Part shown: positions 8,801 to 18,070 of the stretch, one piece after another | Position numbering within the stretch: position 1 is the first letter of the stretch | Layout of the letters: the number at the start of each line of letters is the position of its first letter | Virus record (IMG/VR): IMGVR_UViG_3300044448_000545 | Span: 1 to 35,809 of that record | Reading direction: 5' to 3' (one strand) | Length of the DNA: 35,809 nt | Source of the DNA: a virus | Lineage: Duplodnaviria; Caudoviricetes | The notes under the pieces: generated by a model | Databases searched by the model: none | Seen by the model: the letters and a program-made list of their open reading frames with translations, nothing else | Told to the model about the DNA's origin: nothing | Made by a program: the position numbers and the translations under genes

Positions 8801-9156
8801 GATACTTCACTTATGAAGAGTTCGATTCGCCTGACGTGCAGGGTAGCGGGCAGATGATGAGTAAAGATCTTATACTTATACTTGAAAGCGTTAGAGAGCA
8901 ATTAGGCGAACCTGTTATTATAACTTCAGGTTATCGTACTCCAGCGCACAACCAACAGGTAGGTGGGAAACCTAACTCATCTCATTTAAAAGGTCTAGCG
9001 GCTGATATAGCTTGCAAAGACAGTAAATACAGGTTTGAACTTGTAAGAGAATTAATGGAACACGGTATAGACCGTATAGGTATTGGTGATACTTTTATTC
9101 ATATAGATATTGATGATGATAAATCACCTGATGTAATCTGGACATATGGCAACTGA
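8794..9156 (+). CDS. Peptidase M15A-family Zn peptidase (probable endolysin)
   Basis: SGYRTPAHN...GGKPNSSHLKGLAADI...FIHID Zn-ligand motifs. ATG 8794 is preferred over TTG 8785. Confidence 0.9.
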   Translation: MLRYFTYEEFDSPDVQGSGQMMSKDLILILESVREQLGEPVIITSGYRTPAHNQQVGGKPNSSHLKGLAADIACKDSKYRFELVRELMEHGIDRIGIGDTFIHIDIDDDKSPDVIWTYGN

Positions 9157-9415
9157 TAAGAAAACGCTTAAGTGCAACAAACCTCGGCGCACGCCAGATC
9201 ACAAAACTAAATCACATATAGTTAGAGCTTGTTCTGCAGGCAAAGAAAAAATAATACGCTTTGGTCAGCAAGGCGTAACAACAGCGGGTAAACCAAAGAG
9301 TGGTGAGTCTGCAAAGCAAAAAGCACGACGTGCTAGTTTTAAAGCTCGTCACGCAAAGAACATTAAAAAAGGTAAAATGTCCGCCGCCTATTGGGCCGAC
9401 AAAGTAAAATGGTAA
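9146..9415 (+). CDS. Basic conserved phage protein (IRFGQQG...RRASFKARH...SAAYWA type)
   Basis: 89 aa and very basic. Motif pattern recalled from a widespread viral DUF family. Function unknown. Confidence 0.8.
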   Translation: MATDKKTLKCNKPRRTPDHKTKSHIVRACSAGKEKIIRFGQQGVTTAGKPKSGESAKQKARRASFKARHAKNIKKGKMSAAYWADKVKW

Positions 9416-9417
9416 TT

Positions 9418-9669
9418 ATGCACAAAGGACACTACGGACAGTATACTGGTAATGCTAAGTGGTCAAAAGATCACGCGCACACTAAAGTAACTAAAGAAAA
9501 CTACGACGCTACTAAGAAAGACGACGAAGCACATATGCATTATCTTAAAGAAGATGTGTTGTATGATGCACATCACGGGGGTAGTGACAAGCAAATGACA
9601 GATGACGAGAAACATATTTCAAAGTTAGCTGGCGATTTAAAATACGATAACAAAAAATTTAAAAAATAG
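9418..9669 (+). CDS. His/Asp/Lys-rich hypothetical protein
   Basis: ATG 9418 lies just after the upstream stop (the track start is TTG 9391). Many His residues, plus DDEAH and DDEKH motifs. Confidence 0.7.
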   Translation: MHKGHYGQYTGNAKWSKDHAHTKVTKENYDATKKDDEAHMHYLKEDVLYDAHHGGSDKQMTDDEKHISKLAGDLKYDNKKFKK

Positions 9670-9674
9670 AAATT

Positions 9675-9983
9675 ATGCCAAAAGGATATGGATATGGTGG
9701 TGAATCCACTATGAAGAAAAAAGGTGCAGCGCCTAAAATGAAAGGATCAATGATGCATATGGGTCATAGCCCAGCAGAGATGGGTCATTCACCTATGAAG
9801 ATGCAAGGTTCTTGGATGTCAAAGCACTCAAGTTCAGCACTCCATATGGGTCATTCACCTATGAAAATGGAATCTGCCAAACAAGAAAAGAAAAACTTAA
9901 TGCAGGATATGCCTATAGACAAAAGAGCTTCTGCAATGAATATGGGTCATAGCCCAATGAAAGCTTATCACACAAAGAAATAA
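9675..9983 (+). CDS. Met/His-rich low-complexity protein with MGHSP repeats
   Basis: Four MGHSP units begin at 9759, 9780, 9846 and 9942. Confidence 0.75.
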   Translation: MPKGYGYGGESTMKKKGAAPKMKGSMMHMGHSPAEMGHSPMKMQGSWMSKHSSSALHMGHSPMKMESAKQEKKNLMQDMPIDKRASAMNMGHSPMKAYHTKK

Positions 9984-9984
9984 A

Positions 9985-10006
9985 ACAGAGAGGACTGTAC
10001 AAACCT
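9985..10006 (+). promoter_or_regulatory. Compact predicted H-type pseudoknot in intergenic leader
   Basis: ACAG(9985-88)/CTGT(9995-98) and AGG(9991-93)/CCT(10004-06), followed by a nearly G-free A/C-rich AACATT-repeat leader. Confidence 0.35.
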
Positions 10007-10047
10007 AGCCAAACACAAACACTAACATTAACATTAACATAAACAAA

Positions 10048-10344
10048 ATGGCAAATTACATTAAAATTAAAGCAATCGACATAGACGGCGGTTCAACAAA
10101 CGGTTCAGATATATTAATCGGTGACATCGTTTATGTAGCTCAAGGAGCAGCAAATGGAACAGGTAGCGCAGATACTTGGAGCGTTATGACTAGCGCTGGT
10201 AAAAGCTACACATTCACTACTACTGGAAAAGGTTTAGAATGGGCTAATCAAGCTATTTCAGCTGTAACTGCAAATCCAGGAGGACCTTTAGCAATTGTAC
10301 AAAATAGTACAGGCGTGAAAATAACTGCTATAGCAGGAGCATAA
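10048..10344 (+). CDS. Small Gly/Ala/Thr-rich protein, probable virion decoration protein
   Basis: 98 aa with structural-protein composition and a long dedicated leader. Confidence 0.7.
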   Translation: MANYIKIKAIDIDGGSTNGSDILIGDIVYVAQGAANGTGSADTWSVMTSAGKSYTFTTTGKGLEWANQAISAVTANPGGPLAIVQNSTGVKITAIAGA

Positions 10345-10345
10345 T

Positions 10346-10501
10346 ATGAAGTCTAGAGGTTTAGGAGACAGCATAGAGAAGTTTACTAAAGCTACTGGAG
10401 TAAAAACTGTAGTAGATAGAGTCGCAGAGGGTTTAAATATCCCCTGCGGCTGTTCTGCTCGTAAAGAATGGTTTAATAAAAAGTTTCCTTATAATAACTA
10501 A
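10346..10501 (+). CDS. Small phage protein with GLGD...CGC motif (not in ORF track)
   Basis: MKSRGLGDSIEKFTKATGVKTVVDRVAEGLNIPCGCSARKEWFNKKFPYNN (51 aa). Fills the gap exactly, with TAATG coupling to the next gene. Confidence 0.85.
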   Translation: MKSRGLGDSIEKFTKATGVKTVVDRVAEGLNIPCGCSARKEWFNKKFPYNN

Positions 10502-10812
10502 TGGCATTTAAACTGGACAAACCACCTTATTCAGGTGATAATACACCTATCTACCGAGTGAATATGGAAGATGGAGTTCTTGGTAAAGCTAATAATAATG
10601 GAACTATAATCTTAAGACAAGGCATGACGCCTGAACAAGAAGATGAAGTTATTGATCACGAGATGGTTCATATAGATCAAATGAATAGAGGTGATCTAGA
10701 TTATGACGATCAGTACGTATACTGGAAGGGTAGAAAAATACCTAGGTCTAGTATGAAAGAAGGGGCAAAGAATTTGCCTTGGGAAAAAGAAGCTTACGAT
10801 AAAACAAAATAA
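10501..10812 (+). CDS. Small zincin-like metallopeptidase
   Basis: HEMVH (HExxH) plus a downstream PWEKEAY motif. Confidence 0.75.
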   Translation: MAFKLDKPPYSGDNTPIYRVNMEDGVLGKANNNGTIILRQGMTPEQEDEVIDHEMVHIDQMNRGDLDYDDQYVYWKGRKIPRSSMKEGAKNLPWEKEAYDKTK

Positions 10813-10822
10813 AACAAAGAAA

Positions 10823-11335
10823 ATGGCATATAAAAAAAGCCCCGCTTCTTTCATGAAGCATAAAAGTAATGCTGTAGGGTATATGGCAGAAGGATCAGCG
10901 GCTCACATGCATGGAGATCCAGACACGCCACACACGGATAAAATGTCAACTTTAGCAACAGCTAAATCTAAAGCGGCTAAATTGCGTAGTCAAAAAAAAT
11001 CCGATAGTCTTAGCTATGCTAAAGATCTAGAAAAACAATTTAGAAGCAAAAGAGGGCAGCTTGATGCTGCTGGCGATAGGCAGTTAATGAAAGATGTTAA
11101 AAAACGAGCAACTGAAGTTTTTGATTTTGATATAATAGAACCTACTGAAAAATTTCCAAAAACAGGTGTAAGCGTAAAAGAAGGAACATATTTAGGTTCG
11201 GGATATATTGCAGATGGTAAAGAACGAGGATTTGGTAGTGGTATGACTGTTTCTGAATTAGCTAAAGATAAGCCACGTTCTGGTTTTGAGCAAACAAAAG
11301 CAAAAAAGATTTCTAAATTATTAGGCTTAAATTAA
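10823..11335 (+). CDS. Basic hypothetical protein
   Basis: 170 aa, Lys-rich, with a low-complexity N-terminus. Confidence 0.7.
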   Translation: MAYKKSPASFMKHKSNAVGYMAEGSAAHMHGDPDTPHTDKMSTLATAKSKAAKLRSQKKSDSLSYAKDLEKQFRSKRGQLDAAGDRQLMKDVKKRATEVFDFDIIEPTEKFPKTGVSVKEGTYLGSGYIADGKERGFGSGMTVSELAKDKPRSGFEQTKAKKISKLLGLN

Positions 11336-11345
11336 TGCTAATATA

Positions 11346-11747
11346 ATGAAAAAAATTCTTCAACTCATAACTGGAGGTCTCATTAAAGATGTTGGTAAAG
11401 TTATAGATAACTTGACAACTACAGATGAAGAAAGACTTGCGGCTAAGCTAAAAATTGAAGAGTTGCTAGAGCAAGCAGATAAAGATGCTCAAGATCAAGT
11501 AACAGCTAGATGGGAATCGGATATGAACTCTGATTCTTTCTTGTCTAAAAACATACGACCAATGGTACTTATATATCTTACTGTTGTATTTACTATACTA
11601 TCTTTTTTCGATGGTAATGTAGGTGAATTTAAAATAGCAGAGCAATATGTACCGATATTCCAGTCGTTACTTATAACAGTATACGGCGCTTATTTTGTAG
11701 GTCGCACGTGGGAAAAATCAAAAAAAATAAATAACCAACAAAAATAA
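11346..11747 (+). CDS. 3TM holin (GTA-type holin-like)
   Basis: RWESDMNSDSFLSKNIRP, two clear TM helices and a GAYFVGRTWEK ending. Confidence 0.8.
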   Translation: MKKILQLITGGLIKDVGKVIDNLTTTDEERLAAKLKIEELLEQADKDAQDQVTARWESDMNSDSFLSKNIRPMVLIYLTVVFTILSFFDGNVGEFKIAEQYVPIFQSLLITVYGAYFVGRTWEKSKKINNQQK

Positions 11748-11752
11748 AAACT

Positions 11753-12046
11753 ATGGGATCATATGGAACTCAGCCAGATTTTATAACAGAAGCAGCTGCT
11801 GTAACACCTAATAATACTATCAATGCAACAACAAAGCTTAATAGCTCTGCACTGTGGGTTGGTACTGGTGGTGATGTTACAGTTATATTAGCTGGAACAG
11901 TAGGAGCTAGCGGTTCTGGATTTCCAGTAGCAGGCCAAGCGGTAGTATTTAAAGGAGTTCAAAATGGAACTTATCTACCGGTAATAGTAGACTACGTTTT
12001 AGTTACAGCTTCAAACGCCGCAAGTGATATCGTGGCTTGTAAGTAA
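11753..12046 (+). CDS. Head spike-base-like protein (RcGTA Rcc01079-like)
   Basis: AAAVTP...ALWVGTGGDVTV...FKGVQNGTYLPVIVDYV...ASDIVA pattern. Confidence 0.7.
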   Translation: MGSYGTQPDFITEAAAVTPNNTINATTKLNSSALWVGTGGDVTVILAGTVGASGSGFPVAGQAVVFKGVQNGTYLPVIVDYVLVTASNAASDIVACK

Positions 12047-12097
12047 TTTTACAACAAATAGTGTAACTATCAATATATAATAATTAAATTAAATCAA

Positions 12098-12364
12098 ATG
12101 GCAAAAATTACAGATAAACAACTAGAATTAGTTGTTAAACAACAAGAAGAACTTGGTGGTTTAATAAACCAAATAGGTGCTTTAGAAGCTAACAAACATT
12201 CATTGCTTCATAAAATAGCAACTGTAAACGAAGGTATAGAAAAAACTAAACAAGATCTTGAGAAGGAATACGGTAATATAAGTATTGATCTTACAACAGG
12301 TGAATATACTATTATAGAAACTGAAGAAGAAGAAGATTTAGCTGTAGTTAAATCAGAAGACTAA
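12098..12364 (+). CDS. Small coiled-coil protein
   Basis: Heptad pattern, then LEKEYGNISIDLTTGEY. AATYA-repeat leader. Confidence 0.8.
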   Translation: MAKITDKQLELVVKQQEELGGLINQIGALEANKHSLLHKIATVNEGIEKTKQDLEKEYGNISIDLTTGEYTIIETEEEEDLAVVKSED

Positions 12365-12365
12365 A

Positions 12366-12593
12366 ATGGATTCTGTTATAAGAAAAATCAGCATTGGTTC
12401 TGATTATAAAAATGATGCTATGCACTACTCTGTGGGCCAACAAGTTTATGGTGGCCACGAGATTGCATATATTTTATTTGATGGTCAAGATAGTTCTTAT
12501 AATATTCATATAAAGAAAAACAACGAGGTATTGCCATGGAAGAAGTTTAATTCTAACATGGCTATATCTGTTGAGTATGATTTAGAATATTAA
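12366..12593 (+). CDS. Conserved hypothetical protein
   Basis: 75 aa (IRKISIGSDYKNDAMHYSVGQ...WKKFN...VEYDLEY). TAATG coupling to the next gene. Confidence 0.8.
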   Translation: MDSVIRKISIGSDYKNDAMHYSVGQQVYGGHEIAYILFDGQDSSYNIHIKKNNEVLPWKKFNSNMAISVEYDLEY

Positions 12594-13198
12594 TGAAAAG
12601 CGTATACGATTTTATTATAAAACCTATTGGTAAGGTTTATGATAATTCTATAGATGTAGATGGCAAAGAGCTTTTGCTAAACACTAGTATTGAAAAACAT
12701 AAGTTTGTAAATAACAAAGCTATTGTTATTTCAACGCCACTTGCTTTTGATACGCCTATAGAAGAGGGTGATGAAATTATAGTTCACCATAATATCTTTA
12801 GAAGGTATTATAATATAAAAGGTAAAGAGGTTAATAGTAGTAAATACTTTAAAGAAGATCTTTACTTTTGTCAAGTAGATCAAATATATTTATACAAAAA
12901 AATATACAAATGGTATGCGTTTGCTGATAGATGCTTTGCTATGCCACTTGAAAATAATAACGATCTAGAGCTCGATAAAGAGCAAAAGCTTATTGGTATA
13001 CTAAAGTATGGTAATAAGTCCTTAGAAGCTAAAGGAATAAACGAGGGAGATACTGTAGGCTTTACACCTAATAGTGAGTTTGAGTTTATTGTAAATGACC
13101 AGCGGCTTTATTGTATGAAATCAAATGATATTGTAATTAAGTATGAGCACCAAGAAAACCAAGTTGAATATAATCCAGGCTGGGCAAAGAGCAGTTGA
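12593..13198 (+). CDS. Tandem GroES-fold protein (second, divergent co-chaperonin-like)
   Basis: Two GroES-like halves: DFIIKP...IEEGDEIIV and DRCFAMP...INEGDTVGF...EFIVNDQRLYCMKSNDI. Confidence 0.65.
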   Translation: MKSVYDFIIKPIGKVYDNSIDVDGKELLLNTSIEKHKFVNNKAIVISTPLAFDTPIEEGDEIIVHHNIFRRYYNIKGKEVNSSKYFKEDLYFCQVDQIYLYKKIYKWYAFADRCFAMPLENNNDLELDKEQKLIGILKYGNKSLEAKGINEGDTVGFTPNSEFEFIVNDQRLYCMKSNDIVIKYEHQENQVEYNPGWAKSS

Positions 13199-13415
13199 GG
13201 AATTAATTAAGGTAGCTAAAGAACCTATTGTAGATTCAGATGATGACATCTCGGCTGATCGTTTAAAGAACGCGGCTGCAACAAAAAAGTTAGCTATATT
13301 CGATGCGTTTGAAATACTTAACCGCATTGAAGAAGAAAAAAACATGCTTGAAGATAAATCAAGTAATAGTAAACAAAAATCCTTTCAGGGTTTTGCAGAA
13401 GGTAGATCTAAGTAA
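13143..13415 (+). CDS. Putative terminase small subunit/packaging accessory protein
   Basis: 90-aa helical protein, TAATG-coupled to TerL. Assignment is positional. Confidence 0.5.
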   Translation: MSTKKTKLNIIQAGQRAVEELIKVAKEPIVDSDDDISADRLKNAAATKKLAIFDAFEILNRIEEEKNMLEDKSSNSKQKSFQGFAEGRSK

Positions 13416-15619
13416 TGCACGGCCAAAACTTATTTACTGTACTTACAGATCACGTAAAACCTCACGTGCTTAAAAGAAATAACAAAAGCAAAAAGTGGGA
13501 GTATGGCTACAACAAAGAACACGACATAGTCGTTATAAGTAAGACAGGTCAAATAGGTGATATATACGAAATACAAAACCTTAAAATAGCATTACCACCT
13601 TTTAAAGGTAAATTAAATAAGGATAAAGACAAATGGTCTAGAGAAGAATATCCTAAAGAATTAAATAAAATAAAAAGTGTATTTGAGTGGAATAAATACC
13701 CGGAGCACTTTAAAGAAAGATGGTATGAGTATATTGACGAAGAGTTTAAGCGTCGTGATGAAGGTCACTGGTTCAATAACAAAGGTGTTGCTACTTATCT
13801 TACTGGCACTCATTACATGTACTTGCAGTGGAGCAAGATTGATGTTGGGGCAGCAGACTTTAGGGAGTCAAACAGATTATTTTTTATATTCTGGGAAGCT
13901 TGCAAAGCAGACACAAGATGCTACGGCATGTGCTACCTTAAAAACAGAAGGTCTGGTTTTAGCTTCATGGCATCAGGGGAAATTGTTAACCTTGCAACAA
14001 TATCAAGCGATGCAAGATTCGGTATCTTATCAAAATCAGGGGCTGATGCTAAAAAAATGTTTACCGACAAAGTAGTACCAATATCAATTAACTATCCTTT
14101 CTTTTTTAAACCAATACAAGACGGTATGGATCGTCCTAAAACAGAGCTTGCCTACAGAGTACCAGCTTCAAAGCTAACTCGTAGAAAGCTAGATCAAGGC
14201 GAAACACCTGAAGAAGTTGTAGGGCTTGACACTACTATCGACTGGAAAAATACAGGGGATAACAGCTATGATGGTGAAAAACTAAAACTGCTCGTGCACG
14301 ATGAATCAGGTAAATGGGAAAGACCTGATAACATATTAAACAACTGGAGGGTTACAAAAACAACTCTTAGATTAGGTAGCAGAGTTGTAGGTAAATGCAT
14401 GATGGGTTCTACAAGTAACTCTCTTGATAAAGGAGGTGAAAACTTTAAAAAATTATACAATGCATCAGATGCCACTAAAAGAAACCGCAATGGACAGACT
14501 AGCTCAGGACTATATTCTTTGTTCATACCTATGGAGTGGAATTACGAAGGATTCATTGATACTTATGGACACCCTGTCTTTGATACGCCGGCAAAATCAG
14601 TTGAAGGTGCAGACGGGTTACAAATTGAAGTAGGTGTTATAAATCACTGGCAAAACGAAGTTGATGGTTTAAAAGGTGATCAGGATAGTTTAAACGAATA
14701 CTATCGTCAGTTTCCCAGAACTGAGCAGCATGCTTTTAGAGATGAAACAAAAGAGTCTTTATTTAATCTAACTAAGATATACGAGCAAATAGATTACAAC
14801 GAAGAGTCTGATAATTTTAAACTAATAACAAGAGGTAACTTTGTTTGGCAAGGTGGTATCAAAGATACCATTGTTAATTTTATGCCAAATAAAAACGGTA
14901 GGTTTTTAGTTTCTTGGGTTCCACCTATAGAATTACAAAATCGTGTAATAATAAAGAATGGAGTTAAATATCCCGGCAACGAGCATTGCGGTGCTTTCGG
15001 GTGTGACTCATACGATATATCAGGTACAGTAGATAATAGAGGATCTAACGGAGCTCTTCACGGGCTTACAAAATTCTCTATGGAAAACGTACCGGCTAAT
15101 ATGTTTTTTTTAGAATATATATCAAGACCTCCAACGGCTGAGATATTCTTTGAAGATGTACTAATGGCATTACACTTTTACGGTATGCCAATATTAGCAG
15201 AAAATAACAAACCAAGACTTTTATATTATTTAAAACGTAGAGGTTACAGAGCTTTCTCAATGAACAGACCAGATAAATTAAAACTGTCTGTAGCAGAAAG
15301 AGAGATAGGTGGAATACCTAACTCATCAGAAGATATTAAACAAGCTCATGCCGCTGCTATAGAATCTTATATAGAAGATTATGTTGGGCTTAAAGAGACT
15401 ATGTATGGTGATATGTATTTTCAAGAGACTTTAGAAGACTGGTCTAAATTTAATATAAACAATAGAACAAAGCACGATGCTTCGATAAGCTCTGGCTTAG
15501 CTATTATGGCTTGTAATAAAAATAGGTATACACCTATAAACGTAGTTAAAAAAAATGTTGTTCCTTTGGGCTTCAAGAAGTTTGATAACCAAGGTAGTAT
15601 TTCAAAAATAATAAAATAG
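13415..15619 (+). CDS. terL: Terminase large subunit
   Basis: Walker A variant LKNRRSGFS, Walker B LLVHDESGK, coupling motif GSTSN, and RNase H-like nuclease motifs FGCDSYD, LAENN and HDASI. Confidence 0.93.
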   Translation: MHGQNLFTVLTDHVKPHVLKRNNKSKKWEYGYNKEHDIVVISKTGQIGDIYEIQNLKIALPPFKGKLNKDKDKWSREEYPKELNKIKSVFEWNKYPEHFKERWYEYIDEEFKRRDEGHWFNNKGVATYLTGTHYMYLQWSKIDVGAADFRESNRLFFIFWEACKADTRCYGMCYLKNRRSGFSFMASGEIVNLATISSDARFGILSKSGADAKKMFTDKVVPISINYPFFFKPIQDGMDRPKTELAYRVPASKLTRRKLDQGETPEEVVGLDTTIDWKNTGDNSYDGEKLKLLVHDESGKWERPDNILNNWRVTKTTLRLGSRVVGKCMMGSTSNSLDKGGENFKKLYNASDATKRNRNGQTSSGLYSLFIPMEWNYEGFIDTYGHPVFDTPAKSVEGADGLQIEVGVINHWQNEVDGLKGDQDSLNEYYRQFPRTEQHAFRDETKESLFNLTKIYEQIDYNEESDNFKLITRGNFVWQGGIKDTIVNFMPNKNGRFLVSWVPPIELQNRVIIKNGVKYPGNEHCGAFGCDSYDISGTVDNRGSNGALHGLTKFSMENVPANMFFLEYISRPPTAEIFFEDVLMALHFYGMPILAENNKPRLLYYLKRRGYRAFSMNRPDKLKLSVAEREIGGIPNSSEDIKQAHAAAIESYIEDYVGLKETMYGDMYFQETLEDWSKFNINNRTKHDASISSGLAIMACNKNRYTPINVVKKNVVPLGFKKFDNQGSISKIIK

Positions 15620-18037
15620 ATGATTTATACTAATTCTAGTAGCACTTTTCCAAGTCAGGTAGTACCAGACGCAGAGAAAAAGACTTATGAATATGGTTTA
15701 GCCGTAGCGAAAGCTGTGGAAGACGAATGGTTTAGAGGAGACAGAGGAACTGGAAACGGTGGAAGATTTGGAAACAACTGGTCTAGATTTAATGATCTAA
15801 GACTTTATGCTCGCGGAGAGCAAAGTGTAGCTAAATACAAAGATGAATTATCTATAAATGGTGATTTGTCTTATCTTAATTTAGACTGGAAACCAGTAGC
15901 TGTATTATCTAAATTTGTAGATATTGTAGTTAACGGTATGACAGATAAAGGTTATGAAATAAAATCTTTTGCTTCAGATCCGTATGCTATAAAACAAAGA
16001 ACTGACTTTGCTTTTAATGCTTTGCGTGATATAGAAAATAAAGAAATGATTGATCAGCTTAACGCTGCTACTGGTCAAAACTTTTACGCATCGCCTGATC
16101 CTCAAGAATTACCTGTAAATAAAGAAGAACTAGATCTTTATCTTCAATTAAATTATAAGCAAGCTATAGAAATAGCTGAAGAAGAAGTTATTAGTAACGT
16201 ATTTAATTATAATAAATATGATGAAACTAAAAAACGATTAGCTTACGATTTAACAGTGTTAGGTATTAGTTGTGTTAAAACTAATTTTAATCTAGCTAAT
16301 GGTGTGACTGTTGATTATGTAGATCCAGCTAATTTAGTTTATTCTTATACCGACGATCCTAACTTTGAAGATATATACTACGTAGGGGAAGTTAAAAGTT
16401 TATCTCTTGAAGAAATTAAAAAACAATTTCCTTACTTAACTCAATCAGAGTTAAAAGAAATACAAGAATATTCAGGCAATAATAATTATAGAAGTAATTT
16501 TTATAATTATGATTACGACAGAAACTTAATACAAGTATTATATTTTGAATACAAAACTTATCAAAATCAAGTATTTAAAATAAAACAAACAGATCAAGGT
16601 CTTGAAAAAGCTCTTGAAAAAGATGATTCATTTAATCCGCCTGAAACTGACAACTTTAATAAAGTACATAGAGCTATAGAAGTTTTATACAGTGGCGCTA
16701 AAATTCTTGGTCAAGAAAAAATGCTTAAATGGGAACTAGCTAAAAACATGACTAGACCTTATAGCGATCAAACTAAAGTTGAAATGAATTATGCTATATC
16801 TGCTCCTCGTATGTATAAGGGCAGAATAGAATCATTAGTAAGTAAGTGTATTGGTTTCGCCGATATGATACAGCTTACGCATTTAAAATTACAGCAAGTA
16901 CTATCACGTATGGTACCTGATGGTGTTTATGTTGACGTAGATGGATTAGCTGAAGTTGATCTTGGTAATGGTACTAATTATAACCCTGCAGAGGCTTTGA
17001 ACATGTACTTCCAAACTGGTAGTATTGTTGGTAGAAGTTTAACGCAAGATGGTGATCCTAACAGAGGTAAAGTACCAATACAAGAATTACAAACATCGTC
17101 TGGAATAAGCAAAATACAAGCGCTTATACAAACGTATCAGTATTACCTGCAAATGATTAGAGACGTGACCGGGCTTAACGAAGCTAGAGATGGTAGTCAA
17201 CCAGCTAAAGATTCATTAGTTGGTTTACAAAAACTAGCCGCAGCTGCATCTAATACAGCTACTAAGCATATACTTCAGTCTTTAATGTATTTAACAATAC
17301 GCTCAGCTGAAAATATAAGTCTGCGTGTTGCTGATATGCTAGAGTTTCCACTACTTAAGCAGTCTTTAATGAGCTCTATAAATCAATTTAATGTATCTAC
17401 ATTATCTGAAGTAGATAAGCTTAATATGCACGAATTTGGTATATTTTTAGAATTAGAACCAGATGAAGAAGAGCAAGCAGGTTTAGAACGCAATATACAA
17501 ATAGCATTACAAGGAGGCCAAATTGGTTTAGAAGATGCTATAGATATAAGAGAAATAAAAAACTTAAAGCTAGCTAATCAGTTTTTAAAATATAGACAAA
17601 AAATAAAAGCAGAGCAAGCTCAACAAGCTCAGTTGGCCAATATACAAGCTCAAGCAAATGCTAATGCTGAATCTGCAGAAAGAGCAGCGTTAGCTGAAAC
17701 TCAAAAACAACAAGTTATTAACGAGCAGAAAGTTCAACTAGAACAAGCTAAGTCGCAGTTTGAAATACAACGCATGCAAACTGAAGCTCAAATTAAACGC
17801 GGTTTAATGAGTGAAGAATTTAACTTTAACATGCAGTTGGCAAAAGCTAGAGCTGATGTTGAAAAAGCTAAAGAAAGTGAAATAGAAGATCGTAAAGACG
17901 AGCGTGCTAGAATTATAGGTACGCAACAATCAGAAATGATTTCACAGCGTCAAAACGATGAACTACCTAAAAACTTTGAGTCATCTGGATTTGACTCACT
18001 AGGAGGATTTGGACTTGAAGAGTTTGAGCCTCGTTGA
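15620..18037 (+). CDS. Portal protein
   Basis: 805 aa after TerL. YLQMIRDVTGLNEARDG motif and a long C-terminal Gln/Ala coiled coil (barrel). Confidence 0.88.
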   Translation: MIYTNSSSTFPSQVVPDAEKKTYEYGLAVAKAVEDEWFRGDRGTGNGGRFGNNWSRFNDLRLYARGEQSVAKYKDELSINGDLSYLNLDWKPVAVLSKFVDIVVNGMTDKGYEIKSFASDPYAIKQRTDFAFNALRDIENKEMIDQLNAATGQNFYASPDPQELPVNKEELDLYLQLNYKQAIEIAEEEVISNVFNYNKYDETKKRLAYDLTVLGISCVKTNFNLANGVTVDYVDPANLVYSYTDDPNFEDIYYVGEVKSLSLEEIKKQFPYLTQSELKEIQEYSGNNNYRSNFYNYDYDRNLIQVLYFEYKTYQNQVFKIKQTDQGLEKALEKDDSFNPPETDNFNKVHRAIEVLYSGAKILGQEKMLKWELAKNMTRPYSDQTKVEMNYAISAPRMYKGRIESLVSKCIGFADMIQLTHLKLQQVLSRMVPDGVYVDVDGLAEVDLGNGTNYNPAEALNMYFQTGSIVGRSLTQDGDPNRGKVPIQELQTSSGISKIQALIQTYQYYLQMIRDVTGLNEARDGSQPAKDSLVGLQKLAAAASNTATKHILQSLMYLTIRSAENISLRVADMLEFPLLKQSLMSSINQFNVSTLSEVDKLNMHEFGIFLELEPDEEEQAGLERNIQIALQGGQIGLEDAIDIREIKNLKLANQFLKYRQKIKAEQAQQAQLANIQAQANANAESAERAALAETQKQQVINEQKVQLEQAKSQFEIQRMQTEAQIKRGLMSEEFNFNMQLAKARADVEKAKESEIEDRKDERARIIGTQQSEMISQRQNDELPKNFESSGFDSLGGFGLEEFEPR

Positions 18038-18070
18038 AAATAAAATCCTTTAATTTTATACTATTATATT

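Noticed and set aside
13677-14075. +1-frame ORF inside terL with a lipoprotein-like stretch (KVLLLILLALITC), a possible embedded spanin
   Set aside because: Leu-rich runs are the expected +1 shadow of T-ending codons. The lipobox is poor, and the ORF overlaps the conserved ATPase region with no i-spanin partner.
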